DNA of 64,000 nucleotides from the NCBI RefSeq assembly GCF_009914755.1, contig NC_060930.1. One strand, given 5' to 3'. Shown here piece by piece: positions 1 to 18,092 of the stretch. A program made the position numbers and the translations under genes. The notes beneath the pieces are model-generated. The model was given only the letters and a program-made list of their open reading frames with translations, was not told where the DNA came from and ran no database searches. Position 1 is the stretch's first letter; every line of letters starts with the position of its first letter. Origin of the DNA: the human T2T-CHM13v2.0 reference genome, Homo sapiens.

Positions 1-977
<977 letters not shown>

Positions 978-1117
978 CCATCACAACCATTTTTAAGTGT
1001 ATAGTTCACTGGTAAATAGTCCAGTGAGTAAACAGTAATACATACAATACAGTGTGTATATGTTAAATACATATGTATTGTATACATATTATATAATAAA
1101 TATAGTAGTAATGTAAT

Positions 1118-1170
1118 ATGAGGTTGGTGCAAAAGTAATGGTGGTTTTTGCCATTACTTTGAATGGCAGA
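1118..1170. mobile_element. MADE1 (Hsmar1 mariner MITE), truncated
   Basis: AGGTTGGTGCAAAAGTAATGGTGGTTTTTGCCATTACTTTGAATGGCA matches the MADE1 TIR. Confidence 0.8.
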
Positions 1171-1453
1171 GTATATACTATACATGAATATATTACTATT
1201 TATTCAACTAGATCATAAATATCTTCATACCATGGATTATATCATATTTCTTTAATCAACTCAGTAGTAAGCATAGCCAGGCTCATAGTAGCTCTCAATA
1301 AAACTTTGATTATTAATATTCAATCTTGTAAGTCAATAGCTAAAATTCTCATTGATTGAATAAAACTTTTTAGAAAAAAACAACTGACAAGTTACTTTTC
1401 TTGCTTTTTGTACTTGTAATGAAGTTAAATATCACTTAAAATTAGCATTATAA

Positions 1454-1789
<336 letters not shown>

Positions 1790-3819
1790 ACTCTGGGTAA
1801 ACTTTTAAGATAAAACATTTACAAAGTTCCTTTATCTAACACACTGTTAGGAAAACCTTAAGAAATAAATATTCAATAATCATGAGACCACAAACCAGAT
1901 AGTCCCATTAAAATAAATACATTGTTTAAATGTGTGATCGTGTGTCTATACCTATATGGGTGGATTTCTAAAACCTTTCAGAAGCCTATTATGGACCACT
2001 GGCCTAAGCCAATAATGGCAAAATAAATCATTAGGTAGGAATGAGCCAGGGAAATAGGCCCAAAAAAGTGTTTATGGTAGGGGTTGTTGAAGAAAAGCAG
2101 TAATCTATAATGCTTCCCCTTCCAAAAATGAATTGCAAAAGGTACAGGGAATGTAGGAGAGAAATATATCCTATCTTTCTATTGAACAACCATTATTACT
2201 ATTTTCCAGGGTCTGAATAAGTCAAATCAACCCAATAAATAAGTAGCTATTTTGCTAACAGAACTAAAATATTATGTAACACATGGGCCCTACCCTTTAT
2301 GAGCTCATAATCACCTAAAAAATAAAGAAAAACTCTTCTTTCAAAACTGACCAAAACACAACCTAAGAACACACAATAATTTTAAAGCCTCTCCTTTTAA
2401 CATTCTCATATAAGCATGAGCAATGCTGAATCCCCCTGTACAAGGAAGCAACTATATTCCTGCTCAGATATTGCACCAATTATAGGGAGCTTATGGCAAC
2501 CCAAATTACACAGGGACCAGTCACCCAAGTGCTCTGTGGAAGCTTAATGGGGCTTCTTTTGGAAAGGAGGACAATCCAATACAGCACTAATGGCAAAGAG
2601 AAAAATGCTAAAGCAAGCCAAGAGAAATATAGCAGCCATCTGATGACAGCTGAGGGAACAAAACAAAAAGCTGGCCCCAAAACGCAGACTGACCAACAAA
2701 ATGGGAAGAACTCTACTATGACTTCTACTTCAGTGTGGATAAATGTGAACTCATAAAGAAATTACAGTAAAAAGCTATTTCTGAAAACATCAGCCACTAC
2801 AGGAAGTACTCAAGTCACTTAGCAAACATTGAGCACCTCTAAGTTGTACAAGGCTTCCACTCAATAAATAATAAAAACCAAAATATTTAAGTATTGAATA
2901 TCAAGAGTAATCTTTATAGAAACAGAAAGGCATCCAAATTAAAGAGAGGGTCATGAATTCTTTTTATTCCTTTTCTTCTTGCTGAATAGCTATGTGAATC
3001 ATGTAATATCTGCCATATTTCTTCACCTTTAAAATGTAATGGTCTTCAATCACTGTTGACAGAAAGAGTGATCAAAACTATTTCTTTTCTCTGTGCCACT
3101 TTATTTGTTTCTAAAAAACGGTACATGAAAATTCTTTTCAGCAGACCAAGAACATCCTGCCTTTCAAGTCTAAGACTTATTTCTTGCTCCTCACACTGAA
3201 GTCTTATGACTAAGTCGCCTACTGAAATGACAGCAGAGTGTTTATCCCTGCTCTGCACTAATCTCTCCTTTCATTAACATAGTTGTTGAAACAGAGTACT
3301 ATGATATTTTTCTACATGTAACCTTTTCAAGACCTTTGTCGATACCCTATCAACACGTGGAATAATGTACCTAGACCTGAGATCAATTCAGCAAGGGAAT
3401 GAATGATTTACTCTATGACCTTGGGTGTGACACATTACAAGATACCTAACATGGCTAATTATAAAAACAACTGTTTAATCAGCACATTGTTACCTATGAG
3501 AACAGTGGACAATTAAACTGGCTCACATGCTAAATCAGGAAATGGAGCAGATCAGCAAGAGTCAAAGGACTATGCCCTTCCCCTGTCCAACCTAGGCAAC
3601 ACTATTGCTGTCTTTTTTGCTCTGTTTTAATCTTTATACGCAAAAATTTGGCCTCGGATTGATGTAATGGACAATTTTTAGCTCCATATCCATCTTATTA
3701 GGCAGCCAACTCAAATATCTAGAAGCACAGTTGAGAATAGGAAACAAAAACATCTTCAAGAGTAATTAAAAAAAAAGACACAACGCATTTGTATACCGTG
3801 TCCATAGAGAAGTTTTTTG

Positions 3820-4541
<722 letters not shown>

Positions 4542-5152
4542 TTAAACATAATTCCAATCATTTTGGTCTGATTTCTCAGACTAAATAAAAACTAATGTTA
4601 GCACTAAAAGGAGTAAACTACCCTAGTATCTAAGAAGATTACTCTGGTACAGCTCATTCACAATAATTACAAATAAACTGTGTACAATATATTAAGTCTG
4701 TGTATAATTCCATTAATAAAATTAGCTAAACAAGCAATTTGCAAAATGAGCCATGGAGTTAGGAGTGGCAAAAGATTAGCAGAAAAAAAGCACACTAAAA
4801 TAGAGATGAAAATTATGCTTTTCAGAAAATACAATGTCACTATAATACAAGTAATAATGAACTTCCACATATAATATTTTCAAGAAGAAAATTAGTGAGA
4901 ATCTAATAAATTAATAAATATGATAGCTATTTTTAAATTGAATATAATGACCCCAGATCCACTATAAAGAAGAACAATATCATCAATAATATCTTTGAGA
5001 GACAAAAAAAATATAGAAAATAAAATATGCACCATTATTTTAGTTTTTCCCAAGGTAAATATCAGGGATGCGGGAGGAATCATCAAACGAAGGCAAAGTG
5101 CCTTGAATAACTGATAATACAACTTAAGCCACTTAAGAAAACTAAATAGTTA

Positions 5153-5269
<117 letters not shown>

Positions 5270-5346
5270 TTAAAAGACAGTTCAGATACATTCAACATAC
5301 AGCCATACTTGATGTAGTTCAATTAAAAAACAAAATATTCTATTAA

Positions 5347-6263
<917 letters not shown>

Positions 6264-6919
6264 TTTTAAACACATTATTTTTACCTATAATTTGATTTAA
6301 CTTCTGACACAAATAGTAAACATTCTCTACTTTCAAGATGGTCCATTCTACTATGAAAATTATAAAGTATTTGAGAAATTCAAATACTTCAAAGAAACCA
6401 TATGATACTTTCAACCTTCTGGCCTTTCGTAAGCCAAATTATTCATGAAAAATTAATTTCAACACATCTACCTAAATCCTGAAAAGAGGATAGGTACCAA
6501 TTAGTTAACTGATTGATTACATACCAGGAGACTGTAGATAAAAATCATTCTCCACCTATGTAAAAAATATAAAGCCAATGACTTCATCTGCAGACAGCAT
6601 ATAAAATCTCATATTGCTGGGATAAAAAGAAAATTTTGGTGAACTGTACCAGTAAGTACATCCAGGAAAGACAATCTCCATGTCTAACCTACTCTCATCT
6701 GATATAAAACAAAGACAAGAGGGACATGAGATTTACATACAATCCCAAAGTTAACAGTTTAGAGACAGAACGGATAGCACACCACGCGCTCAAACAGGAT
6801 AAAGAACTACTCAGCTGTCTGTTCTCATCTCTCCCCAGAAATATTGTGTGATAATGCTGTTCAAAGCTTACTGATCCTTGCCCTAGATCAGAGTTTAACT
6901 CAAAATATCTTTAGTCTTA

Positions 6920-7394
<475 letters not shown>

Positions 7395-8209
7395 CTAGCT
7401 ATTCTTCTGATTCTTCAGGTTTTGTCCCACACCCACCACAAAATACTGCACTATTCTCTTAGTATGTTAGCCAGCTCAGTATCATCCAAAAACCAAACGC
7501 CTTGACCAATAAGCTGGTGCTGAAGGTTTCCTCATCTGCCACTTGGATAATCCTATGTTACCTGCTCTTAGGACACACAACAGACTAAGCTGGCTTTAGC
7601 TTTCCTTAGATTCTTGAGAAACAAAGGGTGTAGGCCTGGCTGCTCCCCTTGCCAAAAGTTGAGCCTAGCTATATTAATTTTGGCCAAATAAAGAAAATCA
7701 GACAAAAAACATTTTTTAATTATACCAGGTAGGAAATTTAAAACAAAAAAAAAAATTTTTTTAACTTGTTTCAAAATAGTTTCTCTTTACATTCTTCTTC
7801 TTATATCAAAAAATTCAATGGCTAGCCATGGCAGAGCTGACTGGTGTAAGTGTAAAGACCCCCTCACAAAGCCAAATAATTGTATTTCATATATGGCCCT
7901 GTAAAAGAATGTCAACACTACATCAATAAAAGGAACACAAAAATAAGTAGCACATAAGGGAAATAAGTTGTCCCTCAGCCATAATCTTTTACTATAAAGA
8001 TCAGTAGTGACCTCTAAAAGAAATCATGACAATGTATTTTTCTATGTGAGTGACCAACCAAATACTTAGTATTTCAATATTCATTAAGAAAATCTATCAT
8101 AAAATGTTACAGCTCATATAGATCTTGGAAAATCTTATTCCTTATTTCACACACACAAAATTATAACAGAAAAGTTAAATAACTTGCCCCAGAACATCTA
8201 TGTCCAAAC

Positions 8210-8213
<4 letters not shown>

Positions 8214-8251
<38 letters not shown>

Positions 8252-8267
8252 CGCGTGCGCGTGCACG
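8214..8267. repeat. (TG)n microsatellite running into GCGT/GCGC alternating purine-pyrimidine tract
   Basis: About 54 bp of uninterrupted RY alternation. Confidence 0.95.
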
Positions 8268-8336
8268 GGCATGCAGTACACATTTAGAACAATGTATGCT
8301 TCTTAAAAAGCAAAAATTTTTGGAACAAGCACTCAC

Positions 8337-8391
8337 CTGTGTTGATCAGCCATAACCATTGGCATTAATGTATAAACAGCAGTTTCATTAT
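8337..8391 (-). CDS. HACE1: HACE1 exon 2 (DNETAVYTLMPMVMADQHR)
   Basis: T-rich tract plus CAG acceptor ending 8392; 55 nt; donor GTGAGT at 8336; phase continues exon 1. Confidence 0.97.
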
Positions 8392-9010
8392 CTGAGTAAA
8401 AAAAAACAGAAAGAGTTCATTTATCCCCTACTTTGTGCAAGGGGTGATACTTAAGATTAGTTTAGAATTTTCCTAACTCTATACAAAAAGCGAAAAGGAG
8501 AGGAAGAAGGAGGAAAGAATAATGCAGAATACCAGAGGTATTTCAGAATTTACGATAGTGAAGAATCTTTCATCCCCTCCACTGCTTATCCCTTTTACAT
8601 CATTACAAAAGAGCTTAGCTTCTGGATGTAAAAGGACAATTAAAGACTGATTCTTCAGAAGGTTTTGTCCCATTATCCACCAAAAAACAATTCTCTAAGT
8701 GTAGTATGGTAGCCCGCGCATCATCATCCAAAAACCTTTCTGTAGCTTTAACAATTGAAATTTCTTTTACTTCCAAAGAGGTATTTATAGGCATCATGTT
8801 TTATCATACTTACATGTAGTTTGGGGGAATTTTAAATATATATGGATATTAAATATATATATGCTAAAATAATTTTAAAACCTTAAATATACACAATACT
8901 GGCTTCTTGTCAATATTATTACAAAAGAAATTAGTTTAGAAGCTTTTATGAAAGAGCACTGAAGTCTTCATTGTACTTACCACTTTACTCACAACATTTT
9001 TATTCATATG

Positions 9011-9350
9011 TGCTATGGTTTGAATGCATCTACCAAAAGTTCATGTGTTGGAAATTTGGTTGCTATTATGGCAGTGTGAAGAGGTGAGGCTTTGGGGAGG
9101 CAATTGAGCCATGAGGGCTCCTCTTTCATGAATGGATTAATTCTGTTAATCCAGGAGTGGGTTAGTTATAATGAAGTTCAGCACCCTTCCTCTCTCACCG
9201 TTCTGCCTTCCACCATGGGATGACTCTTACTCGATGCTGGTGCCACACTGTTGGACTTCCCAGCTTCCAGAACTGTGAGAAATACATTTGTTTTCTTTAC
9301 AAATTATCCAGTCTGTGGTATTGTTGTATCAGCAGAAAACAGGCTAAGAG
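9011..9350 (+). mobile_element. MST-type MaLR LTR
   Basis: TGCTATGGTTTGAATG start; TTGGACTTCCCAGCTTCCAGAACTGTGAGAAATA; ends ...GCAGAAAACAGGCTAAGA. Confidence 0.8.
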
Positions 9351-9529
9351 AGACCCTTTACACAATAAATTCACAAAAACATGACCCAAAAGGTTAAAAA
9401 TCAACATCTATGATGCCATATTATACTTATGTACATTTTAGCTAGTGTTTTGAATTGATTTTTATATATTACTAAGGGTCATTTCTCAATTCAATGTATT
9501 TTGGAGGTTTATGTTTTTTAATAAATTAT

Positions 9530-10530
9530 TTACAAAGATGAAACCCTGACAACCCCCACTCAGCCCTTTAAAAGTTAATGCTGATGCTCAGTTAATAGGT
9601 TAAAGTTTAAGGAGAAACAAGATATTTACACAGTATCAAGTACCTCTCAAAAATACTGACTAATTACAAAGGAAAAAGAAAATTTATAGTGAAGAACCCA
9701 GCAGACACTATCTTAATCAACTGACAAAGGGTAACATCACCAAAAATAATATATGCTCAATATCATATAGTTACTGATATGATCCACTGAAAGGGGACAC
9801 ATCACTTTTGCAGTACAGCAGTCCCCACTTATCCGCAGGGGATACATTCCAAGACCCCGAGTCAATGCCTAAAACCATGGATAGTACCAAACCCTATGTA
9901 TATGATTTTTTTCCCTACATGATAAAGTTTAATTTATAAATTGGGCACAGTAAGAGATTAACAACAATAAATAATAAATTAGGACAATTATAATACTATA
10001 CTGTAATAAAAGTTATGTGAATGTGGTCTCTCTCCCTCTCTCTCAAAATATTGTGCTGTGCCTCCCGCAACTGAAACCTCGGAAAGCAAAGCTGCAGATG
10101 AGGGTGGACTACTGTTCTTGCCAAAAATGCATAACTTCAATCTAATCATGAGAAAATGTCAGAAAAGCCCAAATTAAAGGGAATTCCACAAAACACCTGA
10201 TCAGTCCTCTTTAAAAGTCTCACGACCGTTAAACACAAAGAAAAACTAAAGAACTATCACAGTTTGGAGGAGACTAAAGAAACATAACTAAAGGCAATGT
10301 GGTATCCTGAATTGGATCCGTAAATGACATTAGTGGGAAAGCTGGTGAAATTTTAACAAACTCTGTAGCATAGTTAATAGTATACACAAATGTTAATTTC
10401 TTATTTTTGACAACTGTACTGTGGTTGTACAAGATGTTAACCTTAGGGAAAGGTGAGTGGAAGTTACATGGGAGGAACTCTGGGCTATTCATGTAAGTTT
10501 TCTGTAAGTTTAAAATTACTTTAAAAAATA
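9530..10530 (+). mobile_element. Old L1MC-type 3' end
   Basis: GGTATCCTGAATTGGATCC...ACTGTACTGTGGTTGTACAAGATGTTAAC, typical of L1MC 3' UTR. Confidence 0.65.
9816..10114. mobile_element. Tigger3/MER7-like DNA transposon nested in the L1MC
   Basis: TIRs CAGCAGTCCCCACTTATCCGCAG and CTGCAGATGAGGGTGGACTACTG; preceded by TA. Confidence 0.75.
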
Positions 10531-11185
10531 CTTATTTTAAAAGGAGGAGGAACTGTCATACATTAAGAGTCTTAAGAGACACATCAACCATACGTAATTA
10601 TGTAGTCCTTATCTGGATAGTGATTCAAAAAAAAAAACTGTAAAAGGACATTTTTGAGACAATTTTTGAGATGAGGACAAACTGTATATGGACTTGGTAT
10701 TTTATTTCAAGATAATACAATATTACTGTTAATTGTATTGGCTCTAGTAATGGTATTATAATTGTGTTTGAAAAACATAATTCATATGTTTAGAAATATA
10801 AACTGAGCTATTTATAGGGGAAATGGAAAAAAGTTATCAATATTCCTTCACATATTTGTTCATTATTTTACTGTGAGTGTATACATGAAAAACAATTTAG
10901 TCCTTGGCAACATTCACAAGTTCAGTATGCAGATGCAACAACTTTTTCACTATAAAAGTAAAATACTAATAAATCCTATTAATAACATTTAAGAACCATT
11001 ATCTTAAAGGCACTTTTCTAAACACTTTGCATGTATCATTGCTTTTCTCCTCACAACCACCCTATGAAGTAGGTACTATTATCCTCATTTTACAAATGAG
11101 AAAACTGAAGTACTAGTTAAGTAACAAGCTGTGTAACAGTGGCATTATGTGGCTGATTCCAGAGCCTCTACAAATAATATATCCT

Positions 11186-11551
<366 letters not shown>

Positions 11552-12390
11552 CTACAATAGAATACTATTCTTAATATGTAAAATAGACTCTGTTTTATCC
11601 TCTTATATTTCTTTTTTTAAATGCTGACTGCAACCCACTAATTGCTCTCAGAAACTACCAATGAGTCACCACCAGGAGTTGAAAATACTACACTAAGCCT
11701 CCCTTGGCATGACAACATTCTTTATCGTTCATATAATAATACATGTCCCAATAAAAATCTGAACTTCTAAACCATGAGAATTTCCATTAAGTCACCCCAT
11801 AATAAAGTCATAAAAAACACTGTTATTTGTGGGTTTAAACTTAAATCAAGATAAACTTTAAATCAAGATAGTGCATAATTTTAAGTGAGCATTAGTGAGC
11901 ATAATAAGGTTCACAATGGTTGTACTTGTAAGGTTTTTATTTTTTAGATAAAAATTAGATTTACATCTTAAGTCACATCTAACCTAAAGAAAAAAGTAGG
12001 TCACATACATTAACAGGTAAGTATGAAGAAATAAATCTAACCACAACTGTGGTGCTAGAAGAAGACTATCCAAGAAATACTATACTAAGAAAGGACAGAA
12101 TACAATTTGTTGCCAGATACTTCCTTGTCTACTCTTGAAGACACCTTCAGGATTAGGTATATAATTAAAGTCTCCAGGGTGACAAGAAAAGTTTAATCTA
12201 TCACTTTATTAGACATGTTTGCCATTTTTATCACTACAGTTTCAAAACCCAACTGTTAACAAAAAAAAGGTGCTCAGAGTAATTAATTATATACAATTTC
12301 TCTTCAAACCATCACATGGAGTAATTTTTTTAAACACAATTATCCCAATCACATATGCTAAAATGGGCTCAAATTTTATTATTTTATTAA

Positions 12391-12759
<369 letters not shown>

Positions 12760-13171
12760 TCCAACTTTTAAACACTACTAAGAATCCATATCCCTAAAGT
12801 AATTTCTTACTCTTCACCTCTTTTTCTCTCAAGAATATTCCTGTGTTAGGCCTGCCTAGGAGGACTCAACTACCTGCACTCCATTACTTAGGGTAATACT
12901 CAGGTTTTCATCATCTCAAGGAAACATAGCATCCAACTCAGTTTATCAAACATCTATAGTTTCAACCTTTGCAACAAAATTAATTTTAGAGTACAAGCTG
13001 ACTAAAAAGTTTACAAGTTTAATAGTTTGTTGTAATTAGATGCTTATTGATTACTGAATTCTAACAAAGCAAAAAAAATCTGATTATTTTCTAAATTTAG
13101 AGAGATCTCAGAGTTTCCATTCAGCTCTTAAAATGTAAGCACAAATGTGGATTTGTATCAGTAGGAATGTT

Positions 13172-13245
13172 ATATATATATTTACATATATATATTTATT
13201 TACATATATATTTACATATATATTTACATATATATATATATTCCT
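13172..13245. repeat. (TA)n / TTTACATATATA simple repeat
   Basis: Directly visible. Confidence 0.85.
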
Positions 13246-13696
13246 ATATGTATGATATACTTTAAAGAGCCAAGCTCAGAGAATTCAAAGACTCATCGGA
13301 GCTTAGAGACAAAGATAAATTAAATTCAAGGAACAAAATGAACATTATAATCAAAGAAAAGCAAATGCAAACGATGCCATTTTTGCCTATGTGGAAAAGT
13401 TTTACTTTTACTAATAATACTCTAGTTTCTGGGCACTCTCGGACTGCTGGTGGAACTTTCCAAGGAGTAAGTTGAGAAACTGATATGTTGAGCCTTAGAA
13501 ATGTATTGTAGATATTCTTCTTGTAAGAATTAACCCTAAGGAAGTATTTAGAGGCAGACTATGTCTTAAATACAAAGCTGTTTCTCATAAAATCAGTTTA
13601 AAAACAGTATTTAGATTCAACATTTGTTACATGCATCCTATGAAATTCTGAAGTCATTAAGCCTATTGAAGAATACAAAAAAAAAAAAACATTTGG

Positions 13697-14024
<328 letters not shown>

Positions 14025-14440
14025 CTATATGCAACATGATTTTAACTTGTTAGGGAGGGAAAAAGAAATAACAATGGTAACACTGTTTATAACTGGATGG
14101 TGAAATGACATATTTTTTTCTATTTTTCTTTATTTTCCAAATTTTCTACAATGAAACTATATTACTTTTAAAACCAAGTAACATTATCAAAGTCTTCTAA
14201 ATCACATTTATGTAAAAAATATCGGGATTCAAACTAGACAATATAAATTATACATGTAGTCTTCATAAAGCTATACCAATAATTCGACTACGAAAAATAA
14301 GTAAGAGTAGCACTTAAGAAATGGATTCAAAGGTGGAAGTTGGAAAGAAAATATAGAAAAAGTTGAAGCTAGAATCTAGTTACCAAAATCTGAATTCTAA
14401 ATAGAGACTAGAGACCATTTTTTCAAGAAGATTATCCCCA

Positions 14441-14576
14441 GGCCAGGCGCGGTGGCTCACATCTGTAATCCCAACACTTTGGGGGGAGCAGGGTGCGGAT
14501 CACTTGAGCCCAGGAGTTCAAGACCAGCCTGGGGAACATAGTGAGACCACATCTCTATAAAAGAAAGGAAAGAAAA
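14441..14576 (+). mobile_element. Alu left monomer (FLAM-like)
   Basis: Single arm with purine-rich tail; loose TSD AAGATTATC/AAAATTATC. Confidence 0.85.
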
Positions 14577-15493
14577 TTATCGCCAAAGTACCCAATCCCA
14601 CATTTCTTTCATGACCGTCTGCCAAGGTCTCCTTCCCTATCCTACAAACCACCCAGCAGCAATTCAAAGAGAGTTTTGAAAAAGTAAGATAAACTACTAC
14701 AATTAAGAAAAAAGCTATTCACCAGCTACAACCTCCTCCCAACCCTTCTCTCACTTGGGCATAAAGAGCCAAAAGCTTCTTAGAAGCAGCACTGCTGTCT
14801 CCCATCACCACTAAAATGTCTGAATTCCTGACGCTGCAAACAAAACTGCTTATTTTCTCTCCTTGTTATTAGCAGAGTTTTACCTGTCCTGAGGGAACCC
14901 TGGCACGCTGAACTAAAAGTCCTGATCCTCAGGGACCATGCCTTATTCCTCTTTGCAGATGCGTCCTAGTTACCAGCTAGCCCACTCAATACTAGTCTGA
15001 TGAATAAATGAAGAATGAAGGCAGGCATGCATATTAAAGAAAAATATATTGTGTTTACCCATACAGTACTTTAAGAGTACCTGTTTGATGTTTGACAACC
15101 CTTTGTTTGCCTGTTATCAAAACAAGGCAGTGCCCCACATTTTAAAAAATAACAAAAATAAAAGCCCGCCTGGCCCCCCGATGCAGCTTAAAGTAAACAG
15201 TATCTTTGGATCATCTCTATCCCCAGCTACTGTTAAATGACCCGCAATTATGATGTTTTCTGACTCCGGGTCTCGGGCCTCCGGCTGGTATTCCTGCCCC
15301 TTTGCCAAGACCCCTAATCGACAGACGTTGCGAGACCTTTGTCTCGCTCCTCCCAGCAGCGGAACCCCCACCAACCCAGTTTCCTCCCGAAAACTCCCAC
15401 CTGCCGGGGTGGGAGCGTCGGGCCAGGGGAGTTCGGGGCCCGGGGCCGCCTCTCAGCTCTGGAAAGTAAAAGTGGGCGTTTTCTCAGCTTTCA

Positions 15494-15694
<201 letters not shown>

Positions 15695-15933
15695 TCAGCC
15701 GCCCCACCGGCGGCCTCCGCGCCCAGAGCCCTACATCTCGCCTGGGCCCGTCCAGCAGGCGGAGACGCGGGCTTGCCCCGGCTAGAGCACTGAGCTGCGA
15801 GGGCTGCCTGGGGCCACGTCCTGCGTCCGGGGGCCGGGCTGCTGCCGGACCGACCACCTACAGTACACCCGCCGCCGCCTCTGCTCGCGCCTTTCCTGCA
15901 GCCCCCGCCGCCGCGTCCCTCCCGGGCTCGCGT

Positions 15934-15955
15934 GGCCTTCTGGGAACTGTAGTTT
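15934..15955 (-). promoter_or_regulatory. ZNF143 (SBS) / THAP11-HCF1 composite motif
   Basis: Minus strand reads AAACTACAGTTCCCAGAAGGCC, matching the ACTACAnnTCCCAnnnnGC consensus, ~270 nt upstream of the ATG. Confidence 0.8.
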
Positions 15956-17120
15956 CCAGCTGGCAGAACGGAGCGCCCTGGGCGGAGTCACGTTGGGGGC
16001 GCCCAGGCCACGCCAACGCGGGCGCAGGGCTGAGTATGCGGGAAGCCACGCAGCGACTGGGCGTACTCCTAAGTTTCTGGAAAGGCATTCTCACGCCCTG
16101 CTCCTCCTACCCTCCTCCAAAGTTGTACAGGAGCAGTTTCCTCCAATTCTATAACTTTACTATAAAGCAGATTAGAAATTGGCACAATTGTTCTTAAATC
16201 CGTCACCACCTTTCTAGTACTGTATTAGTGCCTTTGTTTCAGGTACCCTACATGAACTGTTTTAAGTATGGTATTTTCATATGTCAAACTTAAAGAGTAA
16301 TAAAATCAAACAAATCCAAAAGCACAATATGCTTTTGTCTTCATTGTAAATAACTTGACAATAGCTTAATTAGTTGTTTTTCCTGCCGGGCGGCTTTATG
16401 AGGGCAGGGACATTTAATCTTGAACTGTGTTGTATCCCTGTACTTAACAAGGCACCTAGCACAAAGTTAAAGCTCTGGGGAAGATATGAATGATGACAAC
16501 CTGAAAAAATTTTTTCATTTATTTGGTACAATGCTAAAGTGTCTATGTGATGACACAGCCTAGTGGGAAATCCAAAGGATTTGACTTTGTAAGTTACAAA
16601 AAATTTGGATACCTACATTGTGGAAGAAATGAACTCAGTGGCGAAAAATCATATTCATAAGCTCTGCACAGAAGTTGAACACTTGAAACAACAGAAGTTG
16701 GAACTTCAAAAAATTAACCCAATCAAAGGGGTAAATGTGAGCCTGGCTAACACCAATATATCTTGGATATATTACCAGTGCCAAGATGATGCTGGAGTGA
16801 GGGAGAAACAAAAGGCTTGTCTTTTTCAGCTTCTCTTCCTCAAAGAGACAAAGCTGTTCCTGAAATGAATGGGCACATGTACGTTGATGATGTATGTTGG
16901 CTGGCCAAGTGAAAGAGAGTCTCACCTGCCCATTCAGGATATGAAGGGGCAGATGGTGGTTGGCATGTGTTTTCCCTGCCAGTGCCGTCCTAAATCAGTT
17001 CCAGCTAGTGACCATTTGTGCCAGTGGTGCCACAGGCACGGGGAAGACCTCTGTAATCTTCACCTAATCCGATGATACCTAAACCAGTCTGGCAACAAGG
17101 TGGTAGAGGTCAAAGTTTCA

Positions 17121-17540
<420 letters not shown>

Positions 17541-17884
17541 CTATTCAAAAAGTCAGGATTCCCACTGCTGTACAGAAGTTGGCCCCTCAGCTTCTCTCAG
17601 CTGCTGTTATCACCATTGCTCTCTAGGCTGTTGCTCCATATAAATTACCTCCAACGTCCTGTGAGGACCAAGCCTGGAGTTTGTGGGCAGGGGTAGGAGC
17701 CCCCAGCAGCCTCCATGGTGGGCATTGCATCTCATGCTGGTCACTGTTCACCACAGGAGCAGAAGATAATGGAACAGGTAATGCTGATGTGAATTGTCAG
17801 TTCCAAATTCTGCAATATGATGCCGTCTCCCAATAGCTCTGCTTCAAAATGTATAAAGCTGCAGTACTACTATCAGCTTATCAC

Positions 17885-18092
17885 CTCCTGTCCAACAGAA
17901 CTTTCTGCAATGATAGAAATATTCTATAATCTGCAATGTCCAAAATAGCATCCACTAACCAAATGGGGTTACTGGGTGCTTGAAATGTGGCTGGTGCAAC
18001 TGAATTTTAAATTTGTATTAAAGTATAAGTAATGAAACTAATTAAGTTAAATAGCTGTATGTGCCTTGTGGTTACCGTATTAGACAGGGCAA
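17885..18092. mobile_element. MER3-like hAT-Charlie DNA transposon inside the pseudogene
   Basis: CTGTCCAACAGAACTTTCTGCAATGAT...TATTAGACAG termini; 8-bp TSD CTTATCAC at 17877-17884 and 18093-18100. Confidence 0.8.

Noticed and set aside
11840-11902. Short direct repeats (TTAAATCAAGATA x2, AGTGAGCAT x2)
   Set aside because: Ordinary slippage micro-duplications in AT-rich intron.
16605-16868. 87-aa ORF as a standalone coiled-coil microprotein
   Set aside because: Non-ATG start; it is a partly in-frame remnant of the PABPC4-like pseudogene.
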